The translations under genes were made by a program, and so were the position numbers. 50,654 nucleotides of DNA from Chiloscyllium plagiosum (lineage: Eukaryota). The notes beneath the pieces were generated by a model. The model did not search any database and was not told the DNA's origin. It worked only from the letters and a program-made list of their open reading frames with translations. Of this stretch, positions 25,284 through 37,159 are shown in pieces. The first letter of the stretch is position 1; every line of letters starts with the position of its first letter. The stretch covers positions 10,141,529 through 10,192,182 of the forward strand of contig NC_057719.1 in the NCBI RefSeq assembly GCF_004010195.1, given 5' to 3'.

Positions 25284-25520
25284 GTGGGTGGCATGGTGGC
25301 ACAGTGGTTAGCACTGCTGCCTCACAGCGCCAGAGACCCGGGTTCAATTCCCACCTCAGGCGACTGACTGTGTGGAGTTTGCACGTTCTCCCCGTGTCNN
25401 NNNNNNNNNNNNNNNNNNNNNNNNNNNNNNNNNNNNNNNNNNNNNNNNNNNNNNNNNNNNNNNNNNNGTGTGGACTTGTTGGGCCGAAGGGCCTGTTTCC
25501 ACACTGTAAGTAACCTAATC
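25284..25520 (+). mobile_element. HE1-type V-SINE (spans assembly gap)
   Basis: A box tggcacagtgg, B box ggttcaattcc, V-domain tgtgtggagtttgcac, HER1-like tail; TSD taaagacta at 25275-25283 and 25521-25529. Confidence 0.9.
25399..25467. other. Assembly gap
   Basis: Run of N. Confidence 1.
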
Positions 25521-26034
25521 TAAAGACTAACTTAACCAGAACTTCAAATCATTAATTGTTGCTACGGTCTGTAAGTTTGGAAGATCACAGTCACCTCCAT
25601 ATTCTGCCTGGAACAAAGATGACTATGATTCTAAAAAGGCTGAGAGGTCATTGCAGACAGCTTTATCTTGCTCATCAGGCAGAATCTTGTCCACTTAGCT
25701 CTTCCAGAATGAATAGACCATGTTCAGTGCAGAGCAACCAAATTTTGTAGGATAGTTTGGAACTATGTTCCAAATCCCATTCCTTTCCCCAGGAAATTTC
25801 AATTTTTGACACTTTTCATGGTACATTTTGTTTTAACTACAACTTTAGTATCAACTAGAGTCTGCCTTTAAATGAAAGGAAATCTGAATTAATTTAAGAC
25901 TTTGTTTCATACCTTTACATCTTAAAACTTCTTTCATTTTCAAAAGAGATGCCTCTCAGCTGAGTAACTGAAAAGTTTGTTAGAGAGAAAATGATCAACT
26001 CATAAAGCCTTATATAATTTCAGGACATCTTAAT

Positions 26035-26850
26035 GTTCTCAGGTGGTTGCAAAAATATCCCATGGCACTATTTCCGAGAGGGTTAGCGAAGTTATCACTA
26101 ATGTCCTGGTCAATATTTACCCCTCAATCAACATCACGAGAGATTATTCAGTCATCATCACAATGCAGTTTGTAGGAGTTCCCTCTGCACAGATTGGCTG
26201 TACCAGACATTGGTAAGGCCACATTAGGAGTACTGCACACAATCTGGTCACCCTGCTATAGGAAGGATGTTATTTAACTGGAAAGCGTGCAAAACAGATT
26301 TAACAGGATGTTCCCAAGAATGGAAGGGTCAACTTGTACTCAGAGGCAGGATAAGCTGGGACTTCTTCTCCTGGAGCTGAGAGACAATCTCATAGAGGTT
26401 TATAATATCATAAGGGGCATAGATACGTTGAACAGCCATAGTGATTTTTCCCAGAGTATGGGAGTCCAAAACTGGAGGCCATAGGTTTAAGGTGAGAGGG
26501 GAAAGATTTAAAACGAACCTGAGGGGCAACCTTTTCACACAGAGGGTGGTGCGTGTATGGAACGAATTGCCAGAGGAAGTGTTAGAGATCAGTACAATTA
26601 CGACATTTGAAAGACATCTGGACAAGTACATGAATCGGAAAGGTTTAGAGGAAAAGGGGCCCAAACACAGGCAAAAGACTAGTTCAGTTTAGGAAACTGG
26701 GTTAGCATGGTTGAGATGGGCTGAAGGGTCTGTTTCCATGCTCGATGACTCTATGGCTGCACTGCTACTATTCTTCAAAAGGTTTTCATTGACTGCAAAG
26801 TGTTGGGAGTGTCTAGTGGTCCTGAGCAGCACCATGTAAATGCAAGTGGC
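26035..26850 (+). mobile_element. DeuSINE interrupted by a CR1 fragment
   Basis: ctcaggtgg...atcccatggcactatttc Deu core up to 26200; tail resumes at 26755 (ttcattgactgcaaagtg...taaatgcaag). Confidence 0.7.
26200..26755 (+). mobile_element. CR1/HER1 LINE 3' fragment
   Basis: LVRPH.EYC..; GHRFKVRGERF..RGNLFTQRVVRVWNELPEE; actctatg tail. Confidence 0.88.
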
Positions 26851-27039
26851 TAATGCTGCACACAATACGACAAAGACTACACATTGATTAATGGCAAATA
26901 GTGTGGCTGTTGGAAATATCTGAAATAAACACAGAGAACACTAGAGAAACTCAGCAGGTCTAGCAGCATCAGTGGAAAGAAAAACAGAATTAATGTCTCG
27001 AGTCCAGTATGACTATTTGTTAGAAAATCAGTACTATTC

Positions 27040-27400
27040 TGTCCTGACAGTTCCCTCCAACTTACCCAGATCCAACCTTCCAACTCAGCCCCACTCACTT
27101 GAACTGTCCTCCCTGTCCACTTCCATCCCACTTATCCAGTCCACCCTCCTCTCTGACCTTCACCCCCACTTTCATCTACCTATTGCATTCCTGGCTAGCT
27201 TTCCCCAGGCTCCCCCCCCCCAAACCACCCACCATTCATTTATCGCTCAGTCCCCTTAGACCACAAGCATCATTCCTGATGAAGGTCTTATGCTCGAAAC
27301 GTCGATTCTCCTGCTCCTCAGATACTGCCTGACTTGCTGTGCTTTTCCAGCACCACTCTCTTCATCTCTGATCACCAGTATCTGCAGTCCTCACTTTCTC
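27040..27400 (+). mobile_element. PLE 3' terminal region (pyrimidine-rich UTR plus hammerhead motif)
   Basis: Homologous to the reverse complement of 43780-44060; attcctgatgaaggtcttatgctcgaaacgtcgatt at about 27272-27307. Confidence 0.8.
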
Positions 27401-28269
27401 CACAGCACTAACACAATCAAGTTATCATCCCAATTAAGAGTGCCAACAGTTTATTTGTCAACAAATGTTAGAAAGTGAATTAATTCTGTAATTGCATCTC
27501 AGGTAAAGGCAAAGCCAGTAAACAAAAACTACAACCGACACCCACAAACAAATATTCGCTAATTATTTCTATGACAATTTGCCCAGCTCATGACAATATC
27601 ATGAAAACACAAGATGGTATTTTTTTTCATCAATATACCCAACTGATAAATTTGAACACATTTCTAGATTTATTTGACAAATCTCAAATGCTGATATCCA
27701 AAGTACTGAGCAATAATTTAACATATGATCAGAGCAAATTAGTCAAATAATAATGGACTAATTTGTTGCTGCACATTTCCATGTCAATACAACTTCCAAC
27801 ATGTGCGATAACACTGGACAGCAAAACACTGAGTAATAACTGCATGCAGACAGCAGATTGATCGAGACAAAATCTCCCAGCATGAATACTGTCTTCAATG
27901 TGTATCTGTTGGTGTTCCAAGGATTTATGCAAACAACAAATACATTTGTGCCTTTGATCACAGAGTTGGGCTAAATAATTGGATTTGTTGAAGCTGTTTC
28001 TAGACCCTGTAATGACCTCTGAACATCACCTATCACTTTTCATTTCTCACCAATCTCCTTTGAAGAAGTCTACTCACAAGTTACTGAGCCCACTTGCCTC
28101 AAATCTGCAGCATTTGCGATTTTCTTTATTGATATGGATCATGCATGTCATACTTAGCTCCAGAATGCAGACTGTGTGGTGTCTGCCTCAACAAGGTAGG
28201 AGATAACACAAACAAGGGCTGTGATTTAGTCCCCTGTGATTTAATGCTTCATGACACTATGTACTACAC

Positions 28270-28433
28270 TAAAAATCACACAACACTGGGTTATAATCCA
28301 AAATGTTTATTTGAAAGTACAAGCTTTCGGAGCACTGCTCCTTTCAAATAAACCTGTTGGACTATAACCTGATGTTGCGCAATTTTTTATTAACTTTGTT
28401 CACCCCTGTCCAACACCAGCACCTCCACGTCAT
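28270..28433. mobile_element. Inverted-repeat element of the second hammerhead-bearing family (centre deleted)
   Basis: aaaaatcacacaacac...gtttatttgaaagtacaagctttcggagcactgctcc / caaataaacctgttggactataacc; homologous to 36529-36731. Confidence 0.7.
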
Positions 28434-29014
28434 AACCATGCACTGTGACTGCTAACTTCACAAGACAGAAGGCTCACCAGATCAAGGACCAATCAGATCC
28501 CCTATGTCTGGAGAACATTTTGCCCAATCAACAACCTAGTCACAGAGGAGATCTCAGAGCCCCTCCCCCGCTTGCCAGCCTCAGAAACCTGAAGGATATC
28601 CCCTGGACACCCAGGCTGTTCAGCCATGGTAGAGCTGCACTGATGAAGAAGTGAGGTTTTTTTTGCGGGCGGGGGGTGGAAATCGCCTGGAGTGGGAGCT
28701 GGAGATAATGATCAGTGCTTCGCTTTCAGCAGTCACAGCCCCTGTACGCCTCAGCATCTCTGATCCAAGTGACACCAATGGAGGACCACCCTGACAAGCT
28801 GGGCAAGCAGCGAACCCTGGATTCCCCATTAGGAAAGAAACACAGGAATACAGAAAGTAGCAGCAGGTGTTGGCTATTCAATCTTTCGAGCCTGCTCCAC
28901 CATTCAGTATGATCATGGCTGGTCACCTTGCTCAGTAACCTGATCCTGCTATCTCTCCACACACTTTGATCACTGTACTTGACTGTTCCTTCAATAATTG
29001 GTGGTAGGTTGAGA

Positions 29015-29122
29015 AGATGAAGGGCTTCTGCTCCTCGGATGCTGCCTGACCTGCTGTGTATTTCCAGCACCATTCTAATCTTGACTCTAATCTCCAGCAT
29101 CTGTAGTACCTACTTTCGCCTT
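29015..29122 (+). mobile_element. PLE terminal fragment
   Basis: ctgctcctcggatgctgcctgacctgctgtg...ctccagcatctg. Confidence 0.75.
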
Positions 29123-29739
29123 GATGGGTTGAGAAGGTCAACCCGCCTGAGCTTCACGTCCAGTATCTCATTGCTGAGGAGGCAAGGGTTGGGGTCAAGT
29201 ACCTCTCTCAGCCCACATCAAAGTGGCATGATTGGAAAGGCCAGCGTATTTTGCTGATATCTAGTTCCCCTCAATCTCAATGGCTTGCTAGGGGAATTGA
29301 GAGAGCAGTTAAGAGTCAGCCACATTGCTGCTGGTTTGGAGTCATGTGTAGGCCAGATTGGGTAAGGACAGAGGATTTCCTTCCCTGAAAGGCATTTGCA
29401 AAAGTGGGAGGTGCTGGGTAAATAGTAGCACCATTTGATTAGGAACCTGAAAGCCAGGCTCATATTCTGTCGTTAAAAAAAATCCAAAGAACAGCAGATG
29501 CTTGAAATCAGAAACAAAAGCAGAAATTGCTGGAAAAACTCGGCAGGTCTGGCAGCATGTGTGGAGAGAAAACATGTGAAGATCTCGAGTACAAATGATC
29601 CTTCTTCAGACTGATTATAGCTAGGAAAAGCTTGGTATATACGTTGGTATGCTTCGCTCTACCTGTAAAAATGACCCTGAGCTTCCAGGTGCCTGCCTTT
29701 TCAATATGTCACCCTGTTGTCTAACCAACATCTCTGACT

Positions 29740-30150
29740 CCATAAGATCATAAGACCATAAGACATAGGAGCAGAAATGAGGCCATTCAGCCCATTGAGT
29801 CTGCTCCACCATTCAATCACGGCTGATAAGTGTGTCAACTCCCATTCTGCTGCTTTCTTCTTGTAACACTCGATCCCCTTCATACTCAAAAACCTATCTA
29901 TCACCATCTTAAGCATACTCAATGACCGAGCCTCCACAGCGGTCTGTGGTTTCAGACCTAGAGTCCTCAAACGTTTCTCATATGTTAATCTTTTCATTCC
30001 TGGGACCATTCTCGTGAACCTCCTCTGAACCCACACCAGGGCCAGTACATCCTTCCTCAAATATGGGGCCCAAAACTGTACACAATACTCTAAATGTAAT
30101 CTGACCAGAGCCTGAGAAGTACATCCCTGCTGTTATATTCAAGTCCTCTC
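29740..30150 (-). mobile_element. CR1-like LINE 3' fragment
   Basis: RKDVLAL..VQRRFTRMVPGMK.L.YE.RL; (ccataaga)n tail. Confidence 0.8.
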
Positions 30151-30932
30151 GGGCTTGCAGCAGTGCTCCAGGAAGCTCAGTGTCAGCTGGAAGGACAGCA
30201 CCTCATTTTCGATTATATTTGGGCCTTGAGCACCTTCTCCCATGTCCTTACCCCATCCCCACACACCAGGCCTTGTCATTGCATAGGCAACTCCCACAAT
30301 TATCCATTGTCAGCTACTAATGGTCGCCATTAGCAACTAATGATTCTCCCAGGCTGACCTTTGCCCAATTGCTGTTCTTCTCTGGATGCCATTTCCACCT
30401 CCTCTCTAGCATATATACCAACCATTTCTGGCTACAATCAGTCTGAAATAGGGTGACTGGACCTGAAACATTAACTCTGCTTTCTCTCCGTAGATGCCAC
30501 CAGATCTGCTGAGTTTTCCCAGCAACTTCAGTTTTTGTTTTGTATTCTGGACTGCTGGATCCACACCTGGACTGAAACTTAAGTTCAAAGGAAGATATGG
30601 AACAAAGAAAAGTCTAATGATCAATTATGATTTTTAAAAATAATCTGATCATTAATGTCTTTAAAGGAAGGATATCTGCTGTGCTTATGTGGTCTGGCCT
30701 ATACTTGACTCTCAACCCATACCAATGTGGTATGACGCTTAATTGCTCTGTGGGCACATTTGAGATAGGTAATGAGTGCTGGCCTAGCTAGTGATGCCCA
30801 ATTCCCATGAACGAATTAAAACAAAAACAGCCAGATAGATTTTTACAACAGGCAATGATAGCTTTATGATCACCATTACTGAGATTTGCTTTCTATTCCA
30901 AGCTAAGAGATTAAATTGAATTTATGTTCCAT

Positions 30933-31232
30933 CATTTAGAATCTCTACTATGTGGAAGCAAGCCATTTGGCCCATCAAGTCCACATCAACTCTCTGTAGA
31001 GCATCCTACCCACGCTATCCCTAGAACTCTACACTTTTGCCCATGGCTAATCCACCTAGCCTACATGTCCAATCCACCTTAACTGTCCATCTTTAAACTA
31101 TGAAAGGAAACTCACACAGACAGAGGGAGAACATGCAAACTCCACTTAGATGGTCACCCAATGCTGGAATCAAACCTGAGTTAGTGGCATTGTCAGGCTG
31201 CAGTGCTAACCACTCAGCCACCATGCTGCCCA
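30933..31232 (-). mobile_element. Decayed HE1-type SINE inserted in a second-family SINE (about 30830-31315)
   Basis: gcagtgctaaccactcagccaccatgctgccc is the reverse-complement head; flanks continue the family seen at 49410-49750. Confidence 0.7.
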
Positions 31233-32504
31233 CCTGCTGTCGTGGGATCTAAGCCCATTGTCCCCTGGATTTCTGGATTACTCACCCAGTGACATTACCA
31301 CTCAGCCACCAGCACACTTTCTGTTGACTACATTTCGGAATCAGTTTCACAAAATTGTTACAATTGATATAAGCATGATTTATTTTCTTTAAAATGACAG
31401 ACACTGCTGCGTGACTGAGGTTTGAAGCATTTTTTTACAACAAGATAGTCATAATACATCAATGTAACCTGATAATGATTGAAGGGAGGGAGAATACTAT
31501 GACCAAAGGTTAATTCATTATAGAATAAGCCATTAATTTACTTGGGGAATGAATCATTCTAATTTCTTTCCCCCCAGATATATTGTTATCCACACAGATC
31601 CTAACAGCATCAATAATTACAATTATGATGCTAACTATGTAAATACTACAGCCAAGAAAGTAATTTTAACTGTCATTTAATTTTATGTTAAATGGTAAGT
31701 AGGTCATACAGTCTATATTAAGATTCTCATTATATAAATTACTCTTAAGTCAGAGGCAAAGAACGTGAAATACAATTTACAGAACTATAATCTAGAGTGA
31801 TGGAATGCTTGAAGTGGAGTAGGAAGGGTATTTGGCATCATGTCCACACCAGCTCTCTGACAGGGCAACTCAGCAGTCCCACACCCCTGCTTTATCTCCG
31901 AAGCCCTACATACCCTTCTTGAGATAATTATCAAGTTCATTTGTTGAGGACCATGGCTTGAACCTCTCTCCTGCAATCTCAGGACGTATGTTGCAGACCC
32001 AAAACATTTGCTGGGGAGGAAAAGTAATTTTCTTTATGTTGAACCAACAGAAAAGTTGCTGGTGAAACTCAGCAGGTCTGGTAGCAACAGTGGAGAGAAA
32101 GCGAAGTTAACGTTTCGAGTTCAGTGACCCTTGTGCAGAACTGAATCCAAAACGATAAGTCTGCTTTCTCTCCACAGGCATTGCCATACCTACTGAGTTT
32201 CTCCAACAATTTCGGTTTTGGATTTGGATTTCCAGCATTTCTTTGTGTTTTGTTCACGTTGCCTTTGGTTCTTTCTCTGGTTATTTTAAATTGGGGCCCT
32301 CTCATTCAAAGGAAGTGAAAATTTCTCTTGTCTATTCCAACTGCAACATACTTTCCTCATTCATCGTCTCTCCCAAATACATGGGACAAACTCAGAACAA
32401 AGGTTATGAATTGGAACAGAAGAAACAATGGCAAAAATTCAAAACAAATTGTCTGGGGTGCTTAACTGAAAACACCAAGTCAAATGGTTATTTTAAACAT
32501 TGGA

Positions 32505-32850
32505 ACATATGAAATAGGAGTGGGAATAGGCCATTCAGCCCTCTGAGCCTGTTACAGCATTCATTGTGATCATGGCCGATCATCCAACTCATGATGTTGT
32601 TGTTCCTACTTTCCTCCATTTCTTTTGATCCTTTTAGCTCCAACTGCTATATCCAACTTCCACTTGAAATCATATAATGTTTTGGCTTCGACTGCTTTTT
32701 GTGGCAGAGAATTCCACTGGTTCACAACCCTCAAGGGGAAGAAATTTCTCCTTGACTCAGCCCTAAATGGCCCATCCTGCATCCTTACACTGTGACCCCT
32801 GGTTGTGGACACCCCTGTCATCAGGACCGTTCTTCTTGTATCTATCTAGC
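32505..32850 (-). mobile_element. CR1-like LINE 3' end
   Basis: TRGHS.R..RRNFF..RVVN.WNSLPQKAVEA. Confidence 0.8.
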
Positions 32851-33365
32851 CAGTGAACACACCCACGCAAAACAGACAGAATTCTTTCCTTCCATTTGGC
32901 TCCCAATAGTGGTACTGCGGCCTAGTGTGCTATTTTAACTGAATACCTGAGCAGCAAGCCTCAGCAGTATCATTGCTAGGTCACGACCAAGTGGGAAGAA
33001 GGTTAGGCCTAGAGGAGATCCACACATCAACTGGGGGCTAAGAAGGGCAAGGGTGCTCTACCAAGTCCTACAAGGATGATGTGGACCTCACCTGTAGCAT
33101 GCTCAGACCTCTCCAACTCGAGCCCTTGCTTGACCTAATGCAAGACCCCAATGAGCTATATAAAATTAAAACACTGCAGATACCAGAAATCTGAAATAAA
33201 AGAGAAACTCAGCAGGTCTGGTAGCAAAGAAAGGTAGAGAGTTAATGGTTCAAGTCCGCCGAGGGGGAGGTGCTATTGCAGTGCATTGATAATCCAGAAC
33301 CCCAGGGTAATGCTCTGAGGACATAGTTCGAATCCTACCAGGGATAATATAGTCATAGAGACTAT

Positions 33366-33687
33366 GTGGGCGGCATGGTGGCACAGTGGTTAGCACTGCT
33401 GCCTCACAGCACCGGAGACCCGGGTTCAATTCCCGCCTGAGGCGACTGACTGTGTGGAGTTTGCACATTCTTCCCGTGTCTGCGTGGATCTCCTCCGGGT
33501 GCTCCGGTTTCCTCCCACAGTCCAAAGATGTGCAGGTCTGGTGAATTGGCCATGCTAAATTGCCCATAGTGTTAGGTAAGGGGTAAAGGTAGGGGTATGG
33601 GTGGGTTGCGCTTCGGCGGGTCGGTGTGGACTTGTTGGGCCGAAGGGCCTGTTTCCACACTGTAATGTAATAAAAAATAAATAATAA
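33366..33687 (+). mobile_element. Full-length HE1-type V-SINE
   Basis: tRNA head with A and B boxes, complete V-domain, HER1-like tail, A-rich end; inserted in the tail of the adjacent CR1. Confidence 0.92.
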
Positions 33688-33990
33688 AGATGTACAGCAC
33701 GGAAACAGACCCTTCGGTCCAACTCGTCCATGCCAACCAGATATCCCAACCCAATCTAGTCCTACCTGGCCCATATCCCTCCAAAACCTTCCTATTCATG
33801 TACCCATCCAGATGCTTTTTAAATGTTGCAATTGTACCAGCCTCCACCACTTCTTCTGGCAGCTCATTCCATACACGTACCACCCTCCGTGTGAAAAAGT
33901 TGCCCCTTAGATCCCTTTTATATCTTTCCCCTCTCACCCTAAACCTATGCGCTTTAGTTCTGGACTCCCCCAACCCAGGGAAAAGACCTA
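33688..33990 (-). mobile_element. CR1/HER1 LINE 3' end
   Basis: GESRTK.HRFRVRGERYKRDLRGNFFT.RVVRVWNELPEEVVEAGTI. Confidence 0.9.
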
Positions 33991-34784
33991 ACCAATGGTT
34001 TACAATGTTCCAGTATCATCATCTTCTCATAAACTCTATGCCTCGGCTAATAAAGGGAAGTATCCCAGGGTTTGTGCTCGGCGTTTATGTGAGCCTTCTG
34101 TCCTATCCTTACTTGGGAAAAATTCAAAGCTACATCAATGATTTAAGAGATCTTCAAAATGGTGTTAAGGGCACTGACAAAAAAATACAATACTGCAAAT
34201 AACCTCGTAAAACATAACAGGCTCCATGAGGAAAGACAAAGGCTTGTTCAATATATGTCATACATCAGTCTGAGTTATTAGTATGGTTTGATCAATACAA
34301 TTCTTCTACAAAGTAAAGAGCTTTGACAGGGTCAACCTCGACTCACAGGAACATATCTGGTGAAACAATCCTCCATTTCGCTGCCCAAGCTGCCTTATAA
34401 TTTTTGTGCAATTGTTTCAACGTACGTTTCGCTCTGCGATTTTCTTCTCTAATGATGCTGCAGGCATGTCATTATTTACATAATGCATCAGTAAATTCTG
34501 AGGCACTGACCAAATCTGGGTAATTAAAAGCAATGATATTCCCTTTGGCTGGGAGAAGATGTGCGCAATAAAGCGTCGCAAATGGTATTTTGTCCATGAT
34601 TTGTTATTACGTTTGAAATAAGATTAAACCACACAGACTTCATGAGTGCATTATGTCATGTAGTGTTGAGCGAGAGAAGCAAAGGATATTAGGTTTGATA
34701 TTTTGTATGGGATGTGTCTGTGGTTAATTACCTTCAATAAGTCTATCCTTTGGTGGGGACATGGATCCAAACTCTGTATGCGCT

Positions 34785-35030
34785 TTCAGGTGGATGGAAA
34801 ACATCATTACTTTAAGGAAGAGTAGGAGAATTATGTGTCCAGTTATTTCTCAACCAGTATTTTAAACAAAACACTGTTAATCTTGTCATTATCACATTGC
34901 TAAGTGTGAGAGTTTGTGCAAATTTGTTGCCATTTTTCTTCCAGTACAACATTGCCAACATTTGTCAAGTATTTAACTGGCCGCAAAACACTTTGAGGGC
35001 CCTGAGGTTGTGCACAGTGTGTCATCAAAT
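34785..35030 (+). mobile_element. DeuSINE remnant
   Basis: tcaggtggatg.aaaa...gaagag.agg...gtcattatcacattgct... Confidence 0.6.
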
Positions 35031-35138
35031 ATTGATGCTTTGAGTGGTTAGGATGTGGAAGGTACTGCCACAGAAAAGGTTCAATCGCAATGTATTAAGG
35101 AGATTGGATAAGCACACAAAGGGGAAAAATTAAAATGA

Positions 35139-35312
35139 CAGAGGAACCTCAATTATCCGAAGTACAGAGGTGGGCAGTATTTTGTTTAGTTAATCAAATT
35201 CCGGAAAATTGAATGCCGGATAATATAGCTTAGCCGAGCATTGAGACCTTGCGATCTTGCTAGATAATCTGATATTCGGGTAATTGAATGCTGGATAATC
35301 AAGGTTCCTCTG
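35139..35312. mobile_element. pogo/Tigger-type MITE (174 bp)
   Basis: TIRs cagaggaacctcaattatcc / ggataatcaaggttcctctg; TA on the right flank, GA on the left. Confidence 0.75.
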
Positions 35313-35952
35313 TACTGGGTGGTGATGGGGAGGGATGAGTAGGATTACTCTTGCAGAGAGCCAGCAGAGGTTTCTGGGCTGATTGGCCTCCTCACCATTC
35401 TGCCATTCCACAGGCAGGACTTTTCCCATTGGCTTCAGGATCTCCCTAACTGTCCCATGAGCTCGCTCCCAATTCTGTCAGCAGCCGCACTGGGAAGGAT
35501 GCACACGTTGCTGATGGGTCAATGGGAGGAGCAGGGGCTTCACCTCAGCATGGAAGGATACAAATGAATAGTGATCCTTGTGGTGAGGAGGGTAATCAGC
35601 CCCTCAGTGTGGAGGGGAAACATCCATTAGCAGCTTTGTTTGGATCATTGGGGTCCTGGGGCTTTGCAAAACTGAGCCCCTGCTTTCAATGAACGCCTCA
35701 CACACTCCTTGGATCCCATTAGGGAGGATCCCATTAGGGAGGATGCCTCTGTGGTGTTGGCTGATTTCTGCTTACACTATGATCTAAACTGAGACCATGG
35801 TTTAGGTGAAGGGGTTAAGTGATCAACCTCTGACTTTCAGAAGTTCCAATAAAAGTTATTGTTTACAGACTATCATACAGAATTCCAAACTTTGTATGAT
35901 AGTTCTCAAGTACACTTCTTTCATTCCTCTCTTCTTAAATTACAACACCATC

Positions 35953-36786
35953 TGTTATGGACCAGACCAGGCCCCTCAAAATATTTGAAAAAAGTAACCT
36001 AGACTCTCACTTTTTCTTATTTTAAAAGCAAATGTGAAGAGCTGTGTTCCAGATGCAATGCGACTGGTCAAACTACTCAATTTTACACAAAACACAATTT
36101 ATTCATTCACTGTAATTAAAATACAAAAAAACCTTACAATAACTTAACAAAATAATGGATACATTAACTATTACTAATTAACTGTTCCAATATAGTAACA
36201 TCCCATTAGCACACCCTTTGGCAAAAAGGCAAATTCAGAAATCAGATTTTCTCCCATATGACGCCTGCAGTAGGAAGAGAAACCCTAGCTTCTAGCTGTA
36301 ACCAAGAGAGGGCACAAAGTGGCTTCTACTTTGTCAAGACTCTAAAAGCTTCTTCTGAATCTAAAAGCTGAAAACAAAACACTCAAAATCCTGGTCTGAG
36401 AGCTGGCCACACCCATCCAGACTGCTTCTATTGTACAAACCTAAACAAAAAAAAACCTGAGGCCTCACAAGCTGTTTGCATTCCCACAGATTTCCACCAC
36501 CTTTCCTTCAATCTTCTCTCTTGAAAGAGTTAAAAATCCCACAAAACAAGGTTACTGTCCAACAGGTTTATTTGAAAGTACTAGCTTTTGGAGCGCTGCT
36601 CCTTCAGCTACCTGATGAAGGAGCAGTGTTCTGAAAGCTAGTGCTTCCAAATAAACCTATTGGACTATAAGCTGGTGTTGTGTGATTTTTAACTTTGTCC
36701 AACCCAGTCCAACACCAGCTCCTTCACATCATCTCTTAAAAGAAATGGGGACAAAATACACCTCTTAAAGTCATAGCATCATCACA
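35953..36786 (-). mobile_element. Probable solo LTR with a nested PLE-type insertion
   Basis: Termini TGTTATG...CATCACA; AATAAA on the minus strand near 36098-36103; no clean TSD. Confidence 0.5.
36529..36731. mobile_element. Inverted-repeat element with hammerhead motif (second family)
   Basis: Imperfect palindrome of about 160 bp centred near 36608; CTGATGA..GAAAGCTA; TSD tctctt(g/a)aaaga at 36517-36528 and 36732-36743. Confidence 0.75.
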
Positions 36787-37159
36787 GATGTGACTTTTGA
36801 CATCAGGATCAGATCACCCTTTACATCTCTGTATTATTCATGTATGCATTCTCGTTATACTCCATGGGTTAACTCTGCATGTGGTACATTATAATGCTAG
36901 AAAAATGGAGCATGGCCCTCTAAATCACTTCTAATGCAGGACTTAATTATGTAAATTGATTTGTTGTCACTGATCCAGGTTCAAGCCTAGAAAAAGCTGG
37001 CAGAGCAGGGTGTGACTCCCCCACTATCTCCCTGGATTCCCACCACCAATTTCCAACCCAATGACTATGGACTCAGGACATCTCTGCCCCGTTGTTCCCA
37101 ACCAGGTGGAAATCTCTGCTACTTTTGGTGTTCCAATAATTTCCCAAAAATAACTCATT

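Noticed and set aside
33366..33440. tRNA gene
   Set aside because: A and B boxes continue into a V-domain and LINE tail; it is a SINE head (also 25284).
33250..34202. 170-174 aa ORFs
   Set aside because: Antisense or chimeric read-through of the HE1 SINE and CR1 tail.
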